64,000 nucleotides of DNA from Adineta vaga. Taxonomy: Eukaryota; Animalia; Rotifera. The notes under the pieces are model-generated. The model had not been told where the DNA came from. It saw nothing but the letters and a program-made list of their open reading frames with translations, and searched no databases. The DNA is taken from assembly GCA_021613535.1 (NCBI GenBank), contig CP075494.1, forward strand, positions 7,006,001 to 7,070,000, read 5' to 3'. Below, in pieces: positions 53,363 to 64,000 of the stretch. Made by a program: the position numbers and the translations under genes. Position 1 is the stretch's first letter. Each line of letters starts with the position of its first letter.

Positions 53363-54328
53363 TCACATAGAATAAACAAAAAGAGAAAAAATGCTTAGAA
53401 TACAAGAAAAATGTCGTGTTGAAAAATAATTTGCATGATTTTTTATTTCGATAATAATTGTTTGAATGGATTTTGTGTCATTCATTGGTGACAAAGTGAC
53501 TTGAGATAAAGTGACATTTCCAATAGTAATCCCTTCATTATTACGATTTGTACTTGAAATCGTTGATAATTTAGTCGTAAGTAATGGCATTGTTGTCGTG
53601 ATTGCAATAGTAGTTGTTGTTGTCATTGTTGTCATTGCTGTCATGGTTGTTGTTATATTCTTAGTAAAATTAGGAATCACATAACGAATGAAATGGACAC
53701 GAGATTGAGATGGTTTCTGTTGAAAACGTTGGCATGTTCCTAAATCTTGATTACACATAGGATATTGACATGTACAATGTGTTCGATTATTTTGTTCTTG
53801 TTCACCAAATGTTAAACATTCATAATGATCAATTCGATTGTTATCAATTCGTATACGACAACTACGACATTTTTTGGAGATTTCAAGTAAATTTTGACTT
53901 GTATTAGATCCTTGATAACATGAAAAATAACGTTTCGATGCTATTTCATAAATACAACGTTGAATATCGGAGTTACATCGATTGGAATTACAATAACAAT
54001 GTGTTTGATCATAACCATATAATGGACCGTCATGTTCACGAGCACATTTTTGACGAATAATAATATTAGGATCATGACGACGATAACGTTTTCTTTCATT
54101 AGAAAAAATTAATTCTTCAATTGATGACGTTTGAGATGAATTTGCTGTTCGGGGAGAAATTGCTAAGCGAACTTTTGTATCAATATAAATAACACATGCA
54201 CGACAATTTTCAATTAAACGAATGGATCCATCTAGATCGTCATTACAATGTAGATTTGTTATATAGGTGATATTTATGAATAAAATTAACAATAATAATA
54301 ATAATGAAAAGCAAGAAGTTGAATACAT
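53363..54328 (-). CDS. Cys-rich secreted/GPI-anchored protein with two Ly6/three-finger-like modules and a Thr-rich stalk
   Basis: Signal peptide, two repeats ending THCYCNSNRCN and THCTCQYPMCN, Thr-rich stalk, hydrophobic C-terminal tail; intronless. Confidence 0.7.
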   Translation of the reverse strand: MYSTSCFSLLLLLLILFINITYITNLHCNDDLDGSIRLIENCRACVIYIDTKVRLAISPRTANSSQTSSIEELIFSNERKRYRRHDPNIIIRQKCAREHDGPLYGYDQTHCYCNSNRCNSDIQRCIYEIASKRYFSCYQGSNTSQNLLEISKKCRSCRIRIDNNRIDHYECLTFGEQEQNNRTHCTCQYPMCNQDLGTCQRFQQKPSQSRVHFIRYVIPNFTKNITTTMTAMTTMTTTTTIAITTTMPLLTTKLSTISSTNRNNEGITIGNVTLSQVTLSPMNDTKSIQTIIIEIKNHANYFSTRHFSCILSIFSLFVYSM

Positions 54329-54417
54329 GTGAAAATCGATGAATAAAATATGTTCTTTTTTTTTCAATATGAATGAACTTCGATGATTAGATATATAGGG
54401 ATTGTGACGTGAAAAAA

Positions 54418-54453
54418 GAAGAAGAAGAAGAAGAAGATGATGATGATGATGAT
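54418..54453. repeat. Compound (GAA)n(GAT)n microsatellite
   Basis: Seen directly. Confidence 0.85.
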
Positions 54454-55606
54454 GAGACTACTACTGTACAAGGAAGTGATAATGATCGTGAACTTCTCAA
54501 TATAAGATTAACATACAGTAGGTAACTGTATGTTCGTACATCTTATCTTTCTTTGATTTTGTTTGTTTAAAGATTGTTCTTTGCTCTGCCTTGTACCTTA
54601 TTACGTTACATAGTTGTTCAGTTGAATGTCCCGCTATGTTGTAAACAAATATCAGACACAATGAACATTCCAATGATACAAAAGGATAGATGACTAGCAC
54701 GAGAACAAGGACATCATTTTTTTACAATCGAAATCTTGCTTTTTTTTCCTCTCTTATTAGATTCTGAAATCAGTCGATATATTTGTTAATAGAATTTGTT
54801 AAGCTTTTATTTATCAATGATCCATACGCTGGCCTTGCTCAAATTATCATGTGCTCGTCATCGTTTTCCTTTTTCTCTCCATCTTTCTTGCTCGTTTCAT
54901 TTCTTATCCTACAAATGTCCAATCTTGTCTTGCTTATTGAGAAAAGAAAGAAGAAGTATAGCTGATATTGATGTTCTGCTGTTTCTGTTGATCAAAAGCG
55001 GAAAAAATATAGAGACTGTGTCTATCAGTCTGTTTGATTTCTTTTTATGGAAATATGATGACGACGATGATGACACAAACACACAAAGAAAGTTCACACA
55101 GGTGACTTGAAGGCGTACGTGATGAAGAAGAAAAATATTAGATGAGTTTTCCATCGACATCTTCTTCTTCTTATTATTTGTTCCTTGTTAACACATTCTT
55201 TCTATCAATACGATTGAAAGAACGAACTAATGATTGATTCATCGATGTATTTTTTCCTCTCGATGGCATTGATGAGTGTTAAAGTAGTACATCGAATAGA
55301 GACGGCATGCTTTTCCTGTATATGTGTTAAGCACATCTAGAAAGAGTTGTGGTATGTGTCTGTATGCAAACTGGAAAAATGAAGGACGTTAAAAGGAGAC
55401 AAATGGATTGGAAGGAAATACAAGGGCTTCTTTTGCCTCATGAATACCAAGTTATCTGTTTTGTCATCCTGCGACATGTATGCTGCTGCTGCTGTTGCTA
55501 TTATTGCTAGGAGGAGAAAACGTGAAAGACGTCCATCCTTCCTTTCTATTTAGAAATGCGCGATGTCATCGTGCTACTATCACCGTGCTATATCGACAAC
55601 AGTAGT

Positions 55607-55607
<1 letters not shown>

Positions 55608-55642
<35 letters not shown>

Positions 55643-55963
55643 GCTGTCTATAGTTGTTGTTGTTATTATTATTATTTTTATTGTTGTTGTTGTTCTGTTT
55701 CTTACTACTATTATTGTATATATGTCTATACATTCGGAAGATCTCTTTTTCTTCTCGTCGTTCGTTCTTATTCTCATCTTAGATATAGAGTATTTACTAT
55801 TATTTTTAATATTTCTCCGTTTTCTTTGTGTTCTTTTTTCCTCTTCTTTCGCGCGAATGCTGTTCTTTAGTCTAGTATCGCACGTCTTCGACGTAATCAG
55901 TCGAAGAGGACGACGACAGCGACTGACGACAACTCCTTCCATATTCTTCTTCCTGCATCTCTT

Positions 55964-55998
<35 letters not shown>
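55608..55998. repeat. Low-complexity region with (CAT)n, (TGT/TAT)n and (CT)n tracts upstream of junctophilin
   Basis: (CAT)n at 55608-55642 and (CT)n at about 55973-55998; these generate spurious long ORFs. Confidence 0.85.
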
Positions 55999-57012
55999 TC
56001 CTCCCGCTCTTCTTCTTTTTCTTTATCTGCTGTTGCCTGAAATCTGCCTGTTTGTATATAAGAGCAAGAGAGACCATCCAACGTGTGTAATGCGCGCGCA
56101 CACAGAACCCAAAGCAAAAATAAATAAACAGGCACGCACGATACAAAACCCTTGGACCAGCAAGTCTCTCTTCCTCTCTCTTATTCGCTTTATTTCTGAT
56201 GGTCCTCTATCGTCGTTTCGAGTAAGCTCTTTCCAATACATGCACTCGTGTGTGATGTAATTTCAAGTGCAGTTATAGATATTTACATGCCTATGAATTT
56301 TTCTTTGAAAATAGAAAAAAAAAGTAATATCTCTACTCAATAGTGTTTTCATTGAATAGCAGCATAAAAACCGTTTTAACAGTTTCTCTTTTTTTTCTCA
56401 CTTTTACGATACTTCTTTGAAACTATTCTTTTAATTGACATTAAGTACATAAAAAGTTGAACTATTCCGTTTATTTACGTCGTTCTTTTTAACGATGAGA
56501 ATATTTATAAATGAGAGGAAAGATCAATATTAAGTGTGTGATGATTAGAAAATATAACTCTTTGATAACAAGAGGATTTGAGTAAGATTTTTGTCGATCA
56601 GGCAAAAGTCAAAAACTAGTTATTTGTGTGTTTTCTCTGTAATTTCCATTTTTTATTCTTCTAATTGATCCACTTTATTTTAGCCTAAGCGCACATGGTA
56701 GTATTATAATACTTGCCGTGTTTGTTCGGATTTGATTGACTTATAAAAAATGACACGTTAAAAATTACTTGACAATTATTACTGAGTACAACATCTTTGT
56801 TGGACCGTTGTTGTTCTCCTCCTGCATCAACTTCATCCACATCATCGTTATTTTTCATATATATATATATATATATAACTATTATTTATAAAGCAATTTT
56901 GTCTGATCTCCTGCTATTTCTTCTTTTTTTTCAATAATTCTCTTCTACAATCATCGACATTGTTGTCATTGTCGATGTTGCTGCTATTGGCATTACGGTT
57001 AATTATTAGTGA

Positions 57013-61001
<3,989 letters not shown>

Positions 61002-63522
61002 TAGGATGATGCTTGTTACCCATTCTTATCTGATTTTCTCTTCTTCTTCTTTTTCTGTTTTCTGTACGTATCTGTATGTATCCATACAGCTCAAGGTTTT
61101 CTCTATAGCTTGCTGTAACGATTAACTATTTTTTACAGCCGCTAAATAACAAACAACGAAGGTCTATATCTTTTTCCTCCTTTTCTTTCTCTAACATATG
61201 TGTGTAGCAAACAAAAAAAAGAAACGATTGCTGTTTAGTAAAGATGACGACTCGAGGATTGTTACTTTGTTGCAACCACACTATGTATTTTTTTCTCTCT
61301 CTCTCTTTATATTCTTATCGATGCTCTTCCGTGTGTATGTGTGTGCGTGTGAATGAGTGTATAATGCATTCATGGGTTTCTTTTCCTGTCTCTTATACTT
61401 TCTCTCTATCTCTCTCTTCCTCCTGTATGATAGATGCAGACAAAATAATAAAAAAAGAGAAAAATAATTGGAGTTTTTTCTTTTTTCGCATTTGTATTTT
61501 GTTTTCTTTTTTTTTCTTCTTTGTTCAATTTGTATACCAAATATACACAAATAGAGAATTATTCTCGTTCGAACCATGGTGACCAAAATATTCTTAATAG
61601 TCTATCAAAAAATTTCTTCCGAAACGGAAATCTATTTCCACGCAATATCTATTGATAATAATTATGTCAAAAGATCAAAAAAGAAATCATTATGTTAAAC
61701 GGAAATCTATTCTTTAGTGTTTTTTGATGGAGAATACTTGTATAACTGATCAATGAAACAGTATAATATATTATTGATGCATAGAAATCAATATCCGTTT
61801 AAAATAGAGCAGATACTATGAAAAAACATCCGTCAAACAGATTGAACTTAATGATGAAAGAAAAGCAGATGTAAAATTTGTGTCAATAGGTCAACAAATA
61901 TAATATATAATCAAGTTAATATTCAATGAATGTTATATGATCTTTCATATACATTTATATAGTTGTATTTATAGAACAAAATTGTGAATACGTTTGTTTA
62001 AACAGAAGTAAGATCGATATCAACAATGATTCAATTCAGATCAATCATACATCGAACTGACTTTGTTCTTCAATGTAATATATTGGATTATTATTATCAA
62101 TGAGAATAAAACAACTATTGATTATGTATGCTATTTGTAAGATGATAAAATAATCTCATGAGACATTAACATCAATATAATAAATACGGCAGTTATTTCT
62201 TGAGTCAAACTAAAAAAAGAAATATCATCACATTCCTAAATAACTAAACGTATCTGTTTGAACATTGATCGTTTTTGAAATAAATCTATTGAGTACTACA
62301 TTCTTTCTTCGTCATATTTTCAAACTAGATAAGACATTTTCATTAATTATGGAAATCTTGACAAAAATCAAAAGTCAACTTATTCCTTCATGAGATAATT
62401 CAAAGTGACATAATGAATTTATTTCTAATGTAATATGAAATGCATTCGGACAGAAAAGCAAAACATGCATCTCTAGAGATACAATGTATATGTATACGAA
62501 ATGACGAAGGACAAATGTTTTTCTTAATACTTCATACGTCTTAGAAATTAATTAAGCTTTATGCTGCTAGATGTCTTGCTATTTTGGGATGAAATTAACT
62601 AATAATAAAATCAACAAACATATAGAAGACAATTTTATGCACATCGACACATCGTTTTTCTTTCAGTGTTCTTCTTATAAACAATTGTTTCTTTGTAGAA
62701 TAATCGAACGAAGATTTTCTTTTTTGAGATGTTTTTAACATTGTTTACACTCGGAAATTGATTTGAATTTACCGATGGTATAAAGAACAAACATCGACTA
62801 CTCTTCTATCATTGATTGAGGTAGAAAGAGAGGGAGAGAGAGAAAACAAAAAGCGACGAACAAATAACACATCTCGAGACAAGAAAAGACATACTTCGGT
62901 AAGAGATGCGTTATTATTCTCTAAAAAAATAATATTTATGTAGAGAATTCCTTTCGCTTCAATGAATGACATGATTGTCACCGTGATGATATAAAATTTC
63001 TCAAAAAAAGGGAAGACAGAATTCAACAAACTATAATTTCTTTTTTTGAGTTTACTATAACATATGTAGATAAATCAACGGCGCAGATGTAATGTCATGT
63101 CTTTTTGTCTAGTTATTTTCCTTTCTTCTTTTTTGTTTTGTTTTTACTATTTGTCATGTCAACATCTCCGAGACAAAAAAGCAACAATTATCAAACGTTA
63201 CGCGATGTATACTTTCATATGATATAAGCTTTTTGGAGAAAATAAATGTCGAACATAATTCTCGTGCGTGGGTAGTTCTAATTATTCATTATAACGAACG
63301 TATATTATTTGAATTAATGTTTGGTGAAGAACTCACTCTTAATATAAGTTGTCAAATAGATGAAAGTTCGACAGTTTTTTTCTTCTTCGCTTATTAATCT
63401 ATACTCAAGAGATTTGACGGGTACAATATAGTCCAATCTGATTTTTTTATGCTTTTCATCAGTCTTTTTCAAGTTGATCGAAGAAGAGAACGACGATGAT
63501 AGGTTGATCTTCTTTATTTTAG

Positions 63523-64000
63523 ATGTTGATCTTAGAACGTATTCGAACGATTGCTATCTTATGTTTATCTGTATTTGGATGTACAGGCAATATTCTCACA
63601 TTAATTGTTGTTAATCAACGGTTTTTTCGACGAACAGCATCAGCAGCTTTTATTTCCGGTTTATGCATCGCTGATTGTTTTGTACTTTGTTTACATAGTT
63701 TACAAATAGTGACAAAACTTCGTCCACAAGTGACACGCTATGATTGTATTGTTTTCTTTTTTATCGATGTTTTTCGTCTTTTATCAGTATGGATTGTTTG
63801 TTTTATCAATATTGAACGTTGTTCTCTCGTTTTCAATCCATGTCACATGCCACGTTTAACAAGTCAAATCAAATCACGTCTTTTTGTCATTTTATTATTT
63901 TGTTTATCATTGATTATATTCAGTCATTACACATATCATATGCATATTGAATATGTTTATAATACAAATCAAACTATACCTAGTCGATCATTTTGTGCAT
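63523..64000 (+). CDS. Class A (rhodopsin-like) GPCR, peptide-receptor-like, truncated by window end
   Basis: TM1 GCTGNILTLIV, TM2 GLCIADCF, TM3 LLSVWIVCFINIERC (DRY-equivalent ERC), then SLVFNP; frame open to the window end. Confidence 0.85.
   Translation, partial: MLILERIRTIAILCLSVFGCTGNILTLIVVNQRFFRRTASAAFISGLCIADCFVLCLHSLQIVTKLRPQVTRYDCIVFFFIDVFRLLSVWIVCFINIERCSLVFNPCHMPRLTSQIKSRLFVILLFCLSLIIFSHYTYHMHIEYVYNTNQTIPSRSFCA

Noticed and set aside
55556-56260. Several overlapping long ORFs (up to 188 aa) on both strands
   Set aside because: They are generated by (CAT)n, (TGT)n and (CT)n microsatellites and translate to low-complexity sequence with no motif.
61244-63029. Short ORFs between junctophilin and the GPCR
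   Set aside because: They derive from CT/GT-repeat and T-tract UTR or intergenic sequence, with no splice or motif support.

Overview
This is AT-rich eukaryotic genomic DNA with many short (about 50-70 nt) GT-AG introns, most likely from a bdelloid rotifer. That assignment is inferred from a Hox6-type homeobox carrying the rotifer KS(I/L)ND signature, an NHL-repeat polycystin and foreign-looking genes. I can support about 22 protein-coding loci. Recognisable genes are a SAM methyltransferase tightly abutting TRMT13, a solitary Hox6/Lox5-type gene, Rieske UQCRFS1, an SLC52 riboflavin transporter, XPO5, an OTUD7/Cezanne-type deubiquitinase, a DLC1/STARD13 RhoGAP-START gene, a C8orf34-like gene, junctophilin and the start of a class A GPCR. 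Less conventional genes are two tandem dynein-light-chain-fold paralogues, an intronless Rnl2-family RNA ligase, an NHL-REJ-GPS-PLAT polycystin-1-like channel, a compact APC amino-acid permease with a 9-nt microexon and a Cys-rich mucin-stalk surface protein. The most interesting observations are a candidate operon/trans-spliced gene pair (33-nt spacer), a probable horizontally acquired RNA ligase, an env-like fusion-protein relic split by an inversion at a TTA/TAA microhomology, and an antisense ORF nested upstream of the Rieske gene. Six single-base frameshifts lie at or next to short homopolymers and are probably assembly errors. All homology calls come from motifs recognised by eye; no searches were run.
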